Positions 1 through 7,863 of a stretch of DNA of 32,000 nt are shown here, one piece after another. A program made the position numbers and the translations under genes. Source of the stretch: an uncultured Actinomycetes bacterium. Lineage in GTDB: Bacteria; Actinomycetota; Actinomycetes; S36-B12; CAIYMF01. The stretch lies in NCBI GenBank assembly GCA_963843975.1, contig CAWJMG010000003.1, forward strand, positions 330,001 to 362,000, written 5' to 3'. The stretch's first letter is position 1; each line of letters opens with the position of its first letter. The notes beneath the pieces were generated by a model. It saw nothing but the letters and a program-made list of their open reading frames with translations. It searched no databases and was not told where the DNA came from.

Positions 1-354
1 GAGCTTGGCCTTCTTGGCCTTGTTCCACGCGGCAAGCGCACTGGCGTCGTCGGCCGACCCTGCCGTGGCCTGAGCCGTCACGTAGTCGTCGTACGTCGAG
101 GCCACGAGCGTGACGGCCGCGGAGTAGGCGGGCAACGAGTCGGTGTAGCGCTGGCGGGCGGCGACGACCGTGGGGTCGGCGTCGACGGCGGCGGTGATCT
201 CTGCGGTCACCTCGTCGGCGGTCTGGCCCCAGTCGTTGAGGACGTCCTGGCCGGGGGCCGGTGCGGCCACCGCGGGCGTGAGCCCGCCGGCGGTGCCCGC
301 GAGCGTGCCAAGGGTCGCTGCGACGGCGGCTGCACTCCTGGTCGAGGTACGCAT
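1..354 (-). CDS. Secreted protein, N-terminal 118 codons only (gene continues past the window start); N-terminus paralogous to the adjacent FMN-binding-domain protein
   Basis: Minus-strand ATG at 354-352 shares one base with the TGA (356-354) of the upstream gene (TGATG). The frame is open to position 1 with near-uniform G/C third positions. Translation begins MRTSTRSAAAVAATLGTLAGTAGGLTPAVAAPAPGQDVLNDWGQT (signal-peptide-like). APGQDVLNDWGQT parallels AEPGQAVNNDYGQS in the neighbour. Not in the ORF track because its stop lies outside the window. Confidence 0.55.
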   Translation of the reverse strand, partial: MRTSTRSAAAVAATLGTLAGTAGGLTPAVAAPAPGQDVLNDWGQTADEVTAEITAAVDADPTVVAARQRYTDSLPAYSAAVTLVASTYDDYVTAQATAGSADDASALAAWNKAKKAKL

Positions 355-1106
355 CAGAACTTGTACCCCGCCTTCACGAGCGCGGAGGCGAGGGACTTCG
401 CGAAGGCCTCGGAGCTGAGGGTCGCGCTCGTGACCGTGGCGACCTTCGCGGTGTCGCCCGCGTTCATCGCCTCGACCAGCAGGGTGGGCAGCGCGATCTC
501 GTTGTAGTACCGGGAGCTTCCGGTCTGGGTGTACTGCACCGCGGCGACATCGCTGACGTGACCGCCGTACACGGTGATCTGCACCTGCATCGGCTCGAGG
601 CCGATGCCGCCGATGAAGTACTGCGCGACGTCGCCGGTGTAGGTGCCGTCGATCGGGCGGTAGTGCTTCGCGGTCCAGTAGGTCTTGTACTTCGAGAGCG
701 TCGCGAGCATGGCGGAGTACGCGGCGTCCGAGGACCTCTTCGCAGCGTCGCGGGCAGCCCTGGTGCTGACGTAGGCCTTCTTGGCCGCAGCGATCTTCGT
801 CGCCGAGTGCGTCGCCAGCGCCTTCTTGTACGCCGTGTACCGCGTCGCGGTGACCTTGACGAGGTAGAGGTAGCGCGCGTGCTTCGTGGCGTACGTCGCG
901 CGGGCCGTCTTCACCGCGGATGTCGCCTCGACCTGCGCTTTGATCTCGACCGAGCGCTCGTAGTCGGACTGCCCGTAGTCGTTGTTGACCGCCTGGCCCG
1001 GCTCGGCGGCGGCGAACGCCGGAGCTGTGCCGAGCACAGCGGCGGAGCCCCCCGCGATGACGGTGGCTATCCCCGCGGACGTCATGACTCGACGGCCGAT
1101 ACCCAT
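354..1106 (-). CDS. Secreted FMN-binding (FMN_bind-type) domain protein with Ala/Lys-rich helical N-terminal region
   Basis: Last 250 codons of track ORF 354..1733, starting at ATG 1106-1104 (alternative ATG at 1085). The N-terminus MGIGRRVMTSAGIATVIAGGSAAVLGTAPAFAAA looks like a signal peptide. The C-terminal ~100 aa carry FMN_bind-like motifs: DGTYTG, VQITVYGGHVSDV, VATVTSATLSSEAFAKSLASAL. The upstream part of the track ORF is Arg/Ser/Pro-rich junk. Confidence 0.7.
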   Translation of the reverse strand: MGIGRRVMTSAGIATVIAGGSAAVLGTAPAFAAAEPGQAVNNDYGQSDYERSVEIKAQVEATSAVKTARATYATKHARYLYLVKVTATRYTAYKKALATHSATKIAAAKKAYVSTRAARDAAKRSSDAAYSAMLATLSKYKTYWTAKHYRPIDGTYTGDVAQYFIGGIGLEPMQVQITVYGGHVSDVAAVQYTQTGSSRYYNEIALPTLLVEAMNAGDTAKVATVTSATLSSEAFAKSLASALVKAGYKF

Positions 1107-1443
1107 GTCCGAACCCCTTGCGCCCCGTGCTGCCATCCCCGTGCTTGGCATATCGCCGGTCCGGAATCCGGTCTTGAGCGCTGATCGGTCAAGGTTCGTC
1201 CAAGGCCTGTGACGTGAGTTGCTCCGTCCCGGCTCTCGGAATCCGACCGACCGTGCGCAGCAGCGGTTAGGACGGCCGCGGTTCACCTGTTCGGCCCTGC
1301 CCGACCGAGGAGGTGGTCCCCTAGCGTCACTGTTTGACCCACGGCATCCACGCGAGTCGCTCTGGCTGCGCCCGGAAGTCGGGCATCGAACGCCGCCCGT
1401 CGGTACTCTCCCCACGAAGCATCGTGTCGTTCGGGGGATCGAG

Positions 1444-2025
1444 ATGACGACGGGGACTGCGCAGCTGCTGTTCGGCGCTGCACACCAGAAGCTCGGGGGC
1501 GTGACGCCCTTCCTCACCATGTGGCTCGTCGAGGGCCGTATGGCGCGCTGGCGCGTCGACGACGTCGGCGACGGTCCGCTCACCTGGGTGCCGCGCACTC
1601 CCGACCGCGTCGTGTCCGACGCCCTCGTGCTGCTGCTCGCGCTCACGACGACGCCGCGCGACCCGGTGCCCGTCGCGCTGACAGCGATGGCCGGCGGCCT
1701 CCCGTGGCGGCACGGCGACGTCGACCTCAGCACGTGGCGGCACTACGACGCGCAGCAGCTGGACGCGCTGGTCGCGGCCTCCGAGCCGGGCGGCAAGGTG
1801 GTGCTGTCGGTGCTGCCGGAGGCGAGCGTGCCCGAGACCAGCCTGGCGCCGCTCGAGCACCTCGACTGGGATGTCGACGTCCTCATGCCGCGGCTCACCC
1901 GGCGTCGCCGGGACCGCGATGTGCACCAGGCGCCGCCGCCGGGGCTGCCCGGCCCGGCACTGCCCAGAGAGCCTCAGGAGCCACGTCAGTCCCACCGGTC
2001 ACAGCGGCAACGTCGCTGGACATGA
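1444..2025 (+). CDS. Hypothetical cytoplasmic protein (193 aa) with basic, Pro/Arg-rich C-terminal tail
   Basis: ATG at 1444 inside track ORF 1219..2025. Third positions are almost all G/C from 1444 to ~1950, then codon quality drops in the tail. No TM segment, signal peptide or motif I recognise. Confidence 0.5.
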   Translation: MTTGTAQLLFGAAHQKLGGVTPFLTMWLVEGRMARWRVDDVGDGPLTWVPRTPDRVVSDALVLLLALTTTPRDPVPVALTAMAGGLPWRHGDVDLSTWRHYDAQQLDALVAASEPGGKVVLSVLPEASVPETSLAPLEHLDWDVDVLMPRLTRRRRDRDVHQAPPPGLPGPALPREPQEPRQSHRSQRQRRWT

Positions 2026-2183
2026 TCCCGAGAGTGCCTGTGCCGCTTGCGGTTCGCACGCTCGGTGGTGCTGCGGGCACGCTCTGCCACGGCGGCCGGG
2101 GGGCCGTGCCCACCTGTCGAACGGGGTGTTCGGACTGTGGGCTGCGCCACGTAGGGTGGGCCCGGATTACGCCGAACGGGTGA
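2022..2183 (+). CDS. Candidate 53-aa Cys-rich micro-protein (MIPRVPVPLAVRTLGGAAGTLCHGGRGAVPTCRTGCSDCGLRHVGWARITPNG)
   Basis: ATG 2022-2024 overlaps the TGA 2023-2025 of the preceding gene (ATGA coupling). Four Cys, spaced C-x10-C-x3-C-x2-C. By hand count GC3 is about 75%, lower than in confident genes here, so coding status is doubtful. Confidence 0.25.
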   Translation: MIPRVPVPLAVRTLGGAAGTLCHGGRGAVPTCRTGCSDCGLRHVGWARITPNG

Positions 2184-2234
2184 GAACCAGGTGACATCGC
2201 CGCGCCGTGCCGATGGCCGGGCGGGGCAGGGGAA

Positions 2235-5093
2235 GTGAGCATGAGGGTGAGCACGCTGAGCCGCCGCATCGCCGTGGCGGTCGTGGGGGCCGTCGTCGTC
2301 GCCCTGCTCCCGCTGGCGCCCGCCAGCGCAGCCGGTGACGCCATCACGTTCATCGGATTCGGTGCGGGCGACTACCTCGCCAGCAATACGACTCACCCCA
2401 TCAGCGCGGAAGCCTCGACCCTCGACTCCGCCGAGTCGGTCGACCTCTACGTCGACGGACTCCCGGCCGAGAACCAGCTCTGCGTGCCCTCGGGCACCAG
2501 CTGCACCGTCGCCTTCGAGTACGACACCGCGGCGCTCGACGACGGCACGCACACCGCCTCGGTGCGCCTCAACACCAACCAGGGCACCGACGTCATCCGC
2601 GACGGCTTCACGTTCTTCGTCGGTGACGCGCCCGTCGCGTCCATCACTGCGCCCGCGAGCGGCGGCACTTTCACGGGATCGGTGGACATCACCGTCCGCG
2701 GCATCACCGACCCGCAGGGCCAGGACTACCCCGAGTCCTTCACGCTGAAGAGCGGCGCCACGACCATCGGCGGCGCGGGCCCGTGCGCGTCCAACGCGAA
2801 GGACTGCTCGCAGACCATCACGTGGGACATCTCCGCGGTCACCCCCGGTGCCAAGTCGCTGACGGTGGTGATGACCACGCACGCCGGAAGCACCGACACG
2901 AGCTCCGCGCTGTCGCTCACGGTCGGGGCGGTGCCGACCGTGACGGTCACCGTGCCCACCCAGAACTCCGCGGTGCTCCCGGACTTCGTCACCGGGGCGG
3001 TGCCGGTCACCGTCACGGCCACGAGTGCCAGCGGCCTCGGATCGGTCACGAAGTCCGTGTCCCTCTTCGTCGACGGCGGCGTCTCCGCGGCGGGCACGGC
3101 GTCGTGCACGTCGACCGGCAGCTGCGACGCGGTGGTCACGTGGAACGCCACCGGCCTCACGCCGGGCTCCACGCACACGCTCGTCGCGACGGCCACCGTC
3201 GGCGGTCTCACCGCCACCTCGCCCACGCGCACCGTCCGTATCGCCAACGCCCCGACGGTCACGCTGATCACGCCGACCAACGGGTCGAAGGTGCTGCCCG
3301 ACTCCCTCGAGGTCGTCAATGTCACCGCGAACGGCACCAGCGACGCCGGGATCGGCGCCCGGCTCAAGACCTTCCAGCTGCTCATCGACGGCGGCGTCGT
3401 CGCCACGGCCACGTGCACCACAACGGGGGCCTGCGGCTCACCCGTGTCGCTGGCCTGGGACACGACCGGGGTCGCCGGCGGCACCACGCACACGGCGGCG
3501 GTCCGGGTGACTGTGGAGGGCCGCGTTGCCACCACCAGTGCCATCAGCCTGACCCTCGCCGACTCGCCCACCGTCACGGTGGTCGCGCCGCCCGGCGGCC
3601 TGATCAAGGGTGCGGCCACGGTGACCGTCACCGCGCAGACCGACGGCGCGACGATCGAGGACCCGCAGTCGGTCGTGCTCACCGCTACCAACGCCGGCCT
3701 TGGTCTCACGCGCACGTTCAACGCGGTCAGCTGCAGCTCCGCGCCGGTCAACGGTGCTTGCACGTTCACGATCCCGTGGGATGTCTCTGCGCTCAGCGGC
3801 TCGTACACCCTCACCGCCGAGCTGACCACGACCCGTGGGCGCACCCGTACGAGCGCCGGTGTCGACTTCGGCATCGACAACCCGGCTCCGACGGTCACGC
3901 TGACCGCGCCGACCACGACCGTGCTCAAGGGCCGCGTCACCGTGAGCATGACGGCCAAGGTCGAGGCGCCCCTCACCGGCCACATCACGACGATCGCGCT
4001 CTTCGCCGGAGGCAAGCAGCTCGGCGCCACCAAGACGTGCGCGGTCGCGGCCAGCTGCACGATCAGCGGGCTGTGGGATACCACGCTGCTCCCCAACGGC
4101 AGCTCCGGCATCGCGGTGATCACGACCACCTCGAACACCGGTGCTCAGAAGTTCAACTCGCCGTCCAGCAATGTGACGCTGCGGAACCCGTCGCCCTCGA
4201 TCGTGTGGATCTCGCCGACGAACGGCGCGGTCGTCAGCGGGTCCGCCGTCACCATCAAGGTGGGCCTCGGCACCGACGCCACGCAGAGCGACGTGCCGAG
4301 GTCGGCGGCGATCTACCGCAACGGCAGCTCGACGCCGTTCGACACCTATCTCTGCAAGGCGACGTCGCACTCGTGCATCGCGACCTTCACCTGGAACGCC
4401 TCGAAGGCCGCGGGCCTGTCGACCTTCGTCGTGAAGGTGCGCACCACCAAGGACCGCGTGCGCTTCTCGAGCTCGACGGCACCGCGCAAGCTCTACGCCT
4501 CCACGGGCGCCCGGATTGCGTTCGTGCCCTCGACCACGGTCGACAACGGCGGCCGTGTCACGGTCACCGGGCGGATGGTCGCCGTGCGCACCGGCCTCGG
4601 GGTGCCCAACGCCAAGGTCGTCCTGGTACGCGATCCCGCGATCGGCTCGACGGTCACCACGACCGTGCGTACGACCAGCACCGGCCGGTTCACGCTCACC
4701 TACACCGCGACGTCCAACACCACGGTCACCGCTCGCTCGGTGAGCCTGCGGACGGCGTCCGGGAAGATCTGGATGCCCGCCGGCACGGGCGTCGCCCGCC
4801 AGCAGGTGCGGGCACCGATGACGTGCAGCGCGGCCAACCGCACTCTCGGCCCCGGCCAGAAGGGGCAGGGCTCGTGCAGGGTGCCCGGCCTGCCGTTCGG
4901 CACGCCGCTGTTCCTGCGCTACCTCATCGGCGGGAAGTGGACCACGCTCGCGAGCGGTACCAGCACCTCGACGAGGATCCCGTTCTTCTACCAGTTCCCC
5001 GCCAAGGGCTCGTACCAGCTGCGCGTGATCCTCTCGGGCAACAAGGCGTACGCCGGCACCAACAGCGCGCTCATGCCGGTGACGGTGCGATGA
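2235..5093 (+). CDS. Large secreted protein: signal peptide, seven tandem Ig-like (bacterial Ig/Big-type) repeats, two C-terminal beta-sandwich-like modules; no recognisable anchor or catalytic domain
   Basis: Track ORF of 952 aa (GTG 2235; ATG 2241 is an alternative, preceded by GGGGAAG). The N-terminus RRIAVAVVGAVVVALLPLAPASAAGD is a signal peptide. A Cys pair recurs with ~101-107 aa period (C83/C90, C184/C191, C291/C297, C394/C400, C500/C509, C602/C608, C707/C714). In repeats 2-7 each pair is followed by W[DN] (W197, W303, W408, W515, W614, W720); repeat 1 has FEYD there. Repeat borders read P-T-V-T-[VL]. No LPXTG or lipobox. Confidence 0.85.
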   Translation: MSMRVSTLSRRIAVAVVGAVVVALLPLAPASAAGDAITFIGFGAGDYLASNTTHPISAEASTLDSAESVDLYVDGLPAENQLCVPSGTSCTVAFEYDTAALDDGTHTASVRLNTNQGTDVIRDGFTFFVGDAPVASITAPASGGTFTGSVDITVRGITDPQGQDYPESFTLKSGATTIGGAGPCASNAKDCSQTITWDISAVTPGAKSLTVVMTTHAGSTDTSSALSLTVGAVPTVTVTVPTQNSAVLPDFVTGAVPVTVTATSASGLGSVTKSVSLFVDGGVSAAGTASCTSTGSCDAVVTWNATGLTPGSTHTLVATATVGGLTATSPTRTVRIANAPTVTLITPTNGSKVLPDSLEVVNVTANGTSDAGIGARLKTFQLLIDGGVVATATCTTTGACGSPVSLAWDTTGVAGGTTHTAAVRVTVEGRVATTSAISLTLADSPTVTVVAPPGGLIKGAATVTVTAQTDGATIEDPQSVVLTATNAGLGLTRTFNAVSCSSAPVNGACTFTIPWDVSALSGSYTLTAELTTTRGRTRTSAGVDFGIDNPAPTVTLTAPTTTVLKGRVTVSMTAKVEAPLTGHITTIALFAGGKQLGATKTCAVAASCTISGLWDTTLLPNGSSGIAVITTTSNTGAQKFNSPSSNVTLRNPSPSIVWISPTNGAVVSGSAVTIKVGLGTDATQSDVPRSAAIYRNGSSTPFDTYLCKATSHSCIATFTWNASKAAGLSTFVVKVRTTKDRVRFSSSTAPRKLYASTGARIAFVPSTTVDNGGRVTVTGRMVAVRTGLGVPNAKVVLVRDPAIGSTVTTTVRTTSTGRFTLTYTATSNTTVTARSVSLRTASGKIWMPAGTGVARQQVRAPMTCSAANRTLGPGQKGQGSCRVPGLPFGTPLFLRYLIGGKWTTLASGTSTSTRIPFFYQFPAKGSYQLRVILSGNKAYAGTNSALMPVTVR
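2337..4499 (+). repeat. Seven tandem, diverged ~300-320 nt coding repeats (Ig-like modules) inside the 952-aa gene
   Basis: Protein-level periodicity of the Cys-x5-8-Cys plus W[DN] signature and of the xPTVT[VL] borders, across residues ~35-755. The repeats are diverged and I saw no long exact nucleotide repeats. Confidence 0.7.
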
Positions 5094-5737
5094 CCCGCAC
5101 GTTCCTCCGCGCCGGCGTCCTCGCCGTCGGGGCCGCACTCCTGCTCGCGGGGTGCGGGAAGGCGACCGCGGTCTCCGCAGCCGATCCCTCCGCCAGCGTC
5201 GCGTCGGGCTCGCTCCCCGTCGGCATCTCGCTGCAGGCCGAGACGCCGGTGTGCGTGGCGGCAGGCGACGCGCGGCTGTGCCAGATCGGCGTCTCGTACG
5301 CCAACGGCACGCCCGACGCCGTGACGATCGACGCCACCTCCACGGAGTTCCGCGACGGCGCGGGCACGGGATACACCGGGACGGCGGGGGCGATCACTGC
5401 CGAGCTGCCGATCGACGCCGGGGGCAGGGCCAACGTGATCTGGTCGGTGACGATGCCGTACGGCGCCGAGCCGGCCGAGGTCCGCTGGGCCGCGGCTGAC
5501 GGCACGGTCGCCACGGTCAAGCTCGGCGCCGCGGCCACCGCTGCGCCGTCGCCGTCCTCGAGCGTGTCGAGCCCCGCCGGGACCGCCACCCCGGCGCCGG
5601 AGCCGAGCAGCGCGACGCCGACCACCGCGACGCCCACGCCCAAGCCCACGAAGACGGCGACGCCGCGGCCGAAGCCCACGACGGCGCAGCCGCGGCCGAG
5701 CAGCACGCCCACCCAGCCGGGCGGCGCGATCGGCTGA
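5090..5737 (+). CDS. Lipoprotein with ~130-aa globular domain and Pro/Thr/Ser-rich C-terminal tail
   Basis: ATG 5090-5092 overlaps the TGA 5091-5093 of the Ig-repeat gene (ATGA). The N-terminus MTRTFLRAGVLAVGAALLLAGCGK has a lipobox (LAGC). The tail reads AAPSPSSSVSSPAGTATPAPEPSSATPTTATPTPKPTKTATPRPKPTT. This is the C-terminal part of track ORF 2783..5737. Confidence 0.75.
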   Translation: MTRTFLRAGVLAVGAALLLAGCGKATAVSAADPSASVASGSLPVGISLQAETPVCVAAGDARLCQIGVSYANGTPDAVTIDATSTEFRDGAGTGYTGTAGAITAELPIDAGGRANVIWSVTMPYGAEPAEVRWAAADGTVATVKLGAAATAAPSPSSSVSSPAGTATPAPEPSSATPTTATPTPKPTKTATPRPKPTTAQPRPSSTPTQPGGAIG

Positions 5738-5810
5738 GGGCGGCCCCTGCCGTTCGGACGACACCCGCTCGGCGGATGGTGCCCACCGCCTGCGCGTCGA
5801 AGTACTCAGC

Positions 5811-6080
5811 ATGCAGGAGACAGGAGAGGGGCACCGCAGCGCGGCGCCCGAGCTCTCGCACCGCGCGCGGGTCGTCGTCACGGCGCTTGTGCTGATCCTT
5901 CCCCTCGTCTGCATCGCGCTGGCGCTGACCTCGCGGCAGGGCCAGGAGTCGGCGTGGCTGGTCATCGCCGGCGCCAACCTCGTCGTGCCGGCCGTGATGC
6001 TGCCGCTCGTGTGGCGGCGTCCGCGGCGGGTCACGGCGATCGAGCCCGCAGACCGGGTCGACGCGCTCGCGACCACCTGA
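5811..6080 (+). CDS. Small membrane protein, two predicted TM helices (89 aa)
   Basis: Track ORF with high GC3. Hydrophobic stretches VVVTALVLILPLVCIALALT and WLVIAGANLVVPAVMLPLVW. Confidence 0.55.
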   Translation: MQETGEGHRSAAPELSHRARVVVTALVLILPLVCIALALTSRQGQESAWLVIAGANLVVPAVMLPLVWRRPRRVTAIEPADRVDALATT

Positions 6081-6102
6081 GGCTTCCCGCAGCGCGCCCG
6101 GC

Positions 6103-6120
6103 CCACTAACATTTCAGTGG
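6103..6120. promoter_or_regulatory. AT-rich inverted repeat CCACT-N8-AGTGG overlapping the GntR start codon; candidate autoregulatory operator
   Basis: Sequence CCACTAACATTTCAGTGG. The arms are exact reverse complements, the interior is unusually AT-rich for this DNA, and the site sits directly at the GTG of the regulator gene. Confidence 0.25.
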
Positions 6121-6800
6121 TGACGGGACGACGGCTGCTCAAGGACGAGGCGTACGACGCGCTGCGCGCAGCGATCGTCGGCGGCGACCTCGAGCCGGGA
6201 GCCACGCTCTCGGAGGCCGAGCTGGCCGAGCAGCTGGGCGTCTCACGTGCCCCGGTGCGCGCAGCGCTCGCCCGCCTGGCCGACGACGGGCTCGTCGAGA
6301 CCAAGCCGCAGAGCTTCACCCGCGTGACACCGGTCGTCGACCGCGAGGTGCGCGACGCCGTCCAGGTGGTGCGCGCGATGCACGAGCTGGTCGTCGGGCT
6401 CGCCGTGCCGCGGGTGACCCCGGCGGACCTCAAGGCGATGATCGCCGCCAACGACGCGTTCACCGCGGCAGTGCGGCACGGCGACGTCGACGCCGCGCTC
6501 GCCGCCGACGACGAGTTCCACGACATCCCCGTCCGTGTCGCAGGCAACCGCCCGGCCGCCGCGACCATCGAGCGCTTCACCCCGCTCATCCGCCGGCTCG
6601 AGCGCGCGAAGTTCACCGAGCTGCCCGGCCGCGAGTCGGTGCAGCTGCACGCGCAGCTGATGAGCGCGTTCCGTCGCGGCGACGCCGAGCTCGCCGTCCT
6701 CACCACGACCCGCATCTGGAGCGCGCTCGAGCAGCAGCTCGACGTCGTCACCACCGTCGCCCGTCCCGCGACCGACCCATCACCGAAGGAGCGACGTTGA
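6117..6800 (+). CDS. GntR-family transcriptional regulator (FadR/FCD-type C-terminal domain)
   Basis: The N-terminal winged-HTH signature [54 protein letters not shown] is followed by an all-helical ~140-aa domain. The stop overlaps the start of acdS. Confidence 0.85.
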   Translation: MVTGRRLLKDEAYDALRAAIVGGDLEPGATLSEAELAEQLGVSRAPVRAALARLADDGLVETKPQSFTRVTPVVDREVRDAVQVVRAMHELVVGLAVPRVTPADLKAMIAANDAFTAAVRHGDVDAALAADDEFHDIPVRVAGNRPAAATIERFTPLIRRLERAKFTELPGRESVQLHAQLMSAFRRGDAELAVLTTTRIWSALEQQLDVVTTVARPATDPSPKERR

Positions 6801-7819
6801 CCTCGCTGCAGGACTTCCCCCGCCACCCGCTGCTGTTCGGGCCCTCGCCCGTGCACCGCCTCGACCGCCTCACCGACCACCTCGGCGGCGCCTCGGTGTG
6901 GGCCAAGCGCGAGGACGTCAACTCCGGCATCGCGTTCGGCGGCAACAAGACCCGCAAGCTCGAGTACCTCGTCGCCGAGGCGCTCGCCGAGGGCTGCGAC
7001 ACGCTCGTCTCGATCGGCGGCGTGCAGAGCAACCACACCCGCCAGGTGGCGGCGGTCGCGGCCCACGTCGGCATGAAGTGCGTGCTCGTGCAGGAGAGCT
7101 GGGTCGACTGGCCCGACTCGGTCTACGACAAGGTCGGCAACATCCTGCTGAGCCGCCTCGCCGGCGCCGACGTGCGCCTCGTGCAGAGCGAGTTCGGCAT
7201 CGGCTTCAAGGAGTCGTGGGAGAACGCGCTCGCCGAGATCGTCGCCGCCGGTGGCAAGCCCTACGCCATACCCGCCGGTGCGTCCGACCACCGCCTCGGC
7301 GGCCTCGGCTTCGCGGGCTGGGCGTTCGAGGTGGCCGAGCAGGAGAAGGCGCTCGGCATCTTCTTCGACACCGTCGTGGTGTGCTCCGTGACCGGCTCGA
7401 CCCAGGCCGGCATGGTCGCCGGCTTCCGCCACCTCGAGCAGGAGGGCGGGCGCGTACGCCGGGTGCTCGGCGTCGACGGCAGCGCGAAGCCGGCCGAGAC
7501 CCACGCGCAGGTGACGCGCATCGCCGCGGGCACCGCCGAGCTCATCGGCGTACGCGAGCCGATCACGGCGGCTGACGTCGAGCTCGACGAGCGCTACCAC
7601 GCGGGCATCTACGGCATCCCCGACGAGCAGACCCTCGACGCGATGAAGCTCGCCGCGCGCACCGAGGGGATGATCACCGACCCCGTGTACGAGGGGAAGT
7701 CGATGGCGGCGGTCATCGACCTCGTGGGCCGCAAGGAGATCGATCCGTCGTCGAACGTGCTGTTCGCGCACCTCGGCGGGCAGCCCGCGATCAACGGCTA
7801 CAGCGCGCTCTTCCGCTGA
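6797..7819 (+). CDS. acdS: 1-aminocyclopropane-1-carboxylate (ACC) deaminase
   Basis: Co-linear by eye with Pseudomonas AcdS: [35 protein letters not shown] (PLP lysine), [77 protein letters not shown] start at 6797-6799, overlapping the GntR TGA (6798-6800) and preceded by GAAGGAG. Confidence 0.9.
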   Translation: MTSLQDFPRHPLLFGPSPVHRLDRLTDHLGGASVWAKREDVNSGIAFGGNKTRKLEYLVAEALAEGCDTLVSIGGVQSNHTRQVAAVAAHVGMKCVLVQESWVDWPDSVYDKVGNILLSRLAGADVRLVQSEFGIGFKESWENALAEIVAAGGKPYAIPAGASDHRLGGLGFAGWAFEVAEQEKALGIFFDTVVVCSVTGSTQAGMVAGFRHLEQEGGRVRRVLGVDGSAKPAETHAQVTRIAAGTAELIGVREPITAADVELDERYHAGIYGIPDEQTLDAMKLAARTEGMITDPVYEGKSMAAVIDLVGRKEIDPSSNVLFAHLGGQPAINGYSALFR

Positions 7820-7863
7820 GCGCTCGGCTCGAGTCCGCCCGCGGGGTGGGCGAGGATGCGGGC

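Noticed and set aside
1107-1443. Possible FMN riboswitch in the leader of the FMN-binding-protein gene. The minus strand contains GGGCAGGG, GGTGAAC and two GGATTCCG elements that recall RFN core pieces.
   Set aside because: The pieces are in the wrong order and spacing. I could not align them to the conserved RFN core (GGGGCAGGGUGAAAUUCCC-ACCGGCGGU ... GCCGACGGU-AAGUCCGGAUG) or build its multi-stem junction. An Rfam cmscan would settle it.
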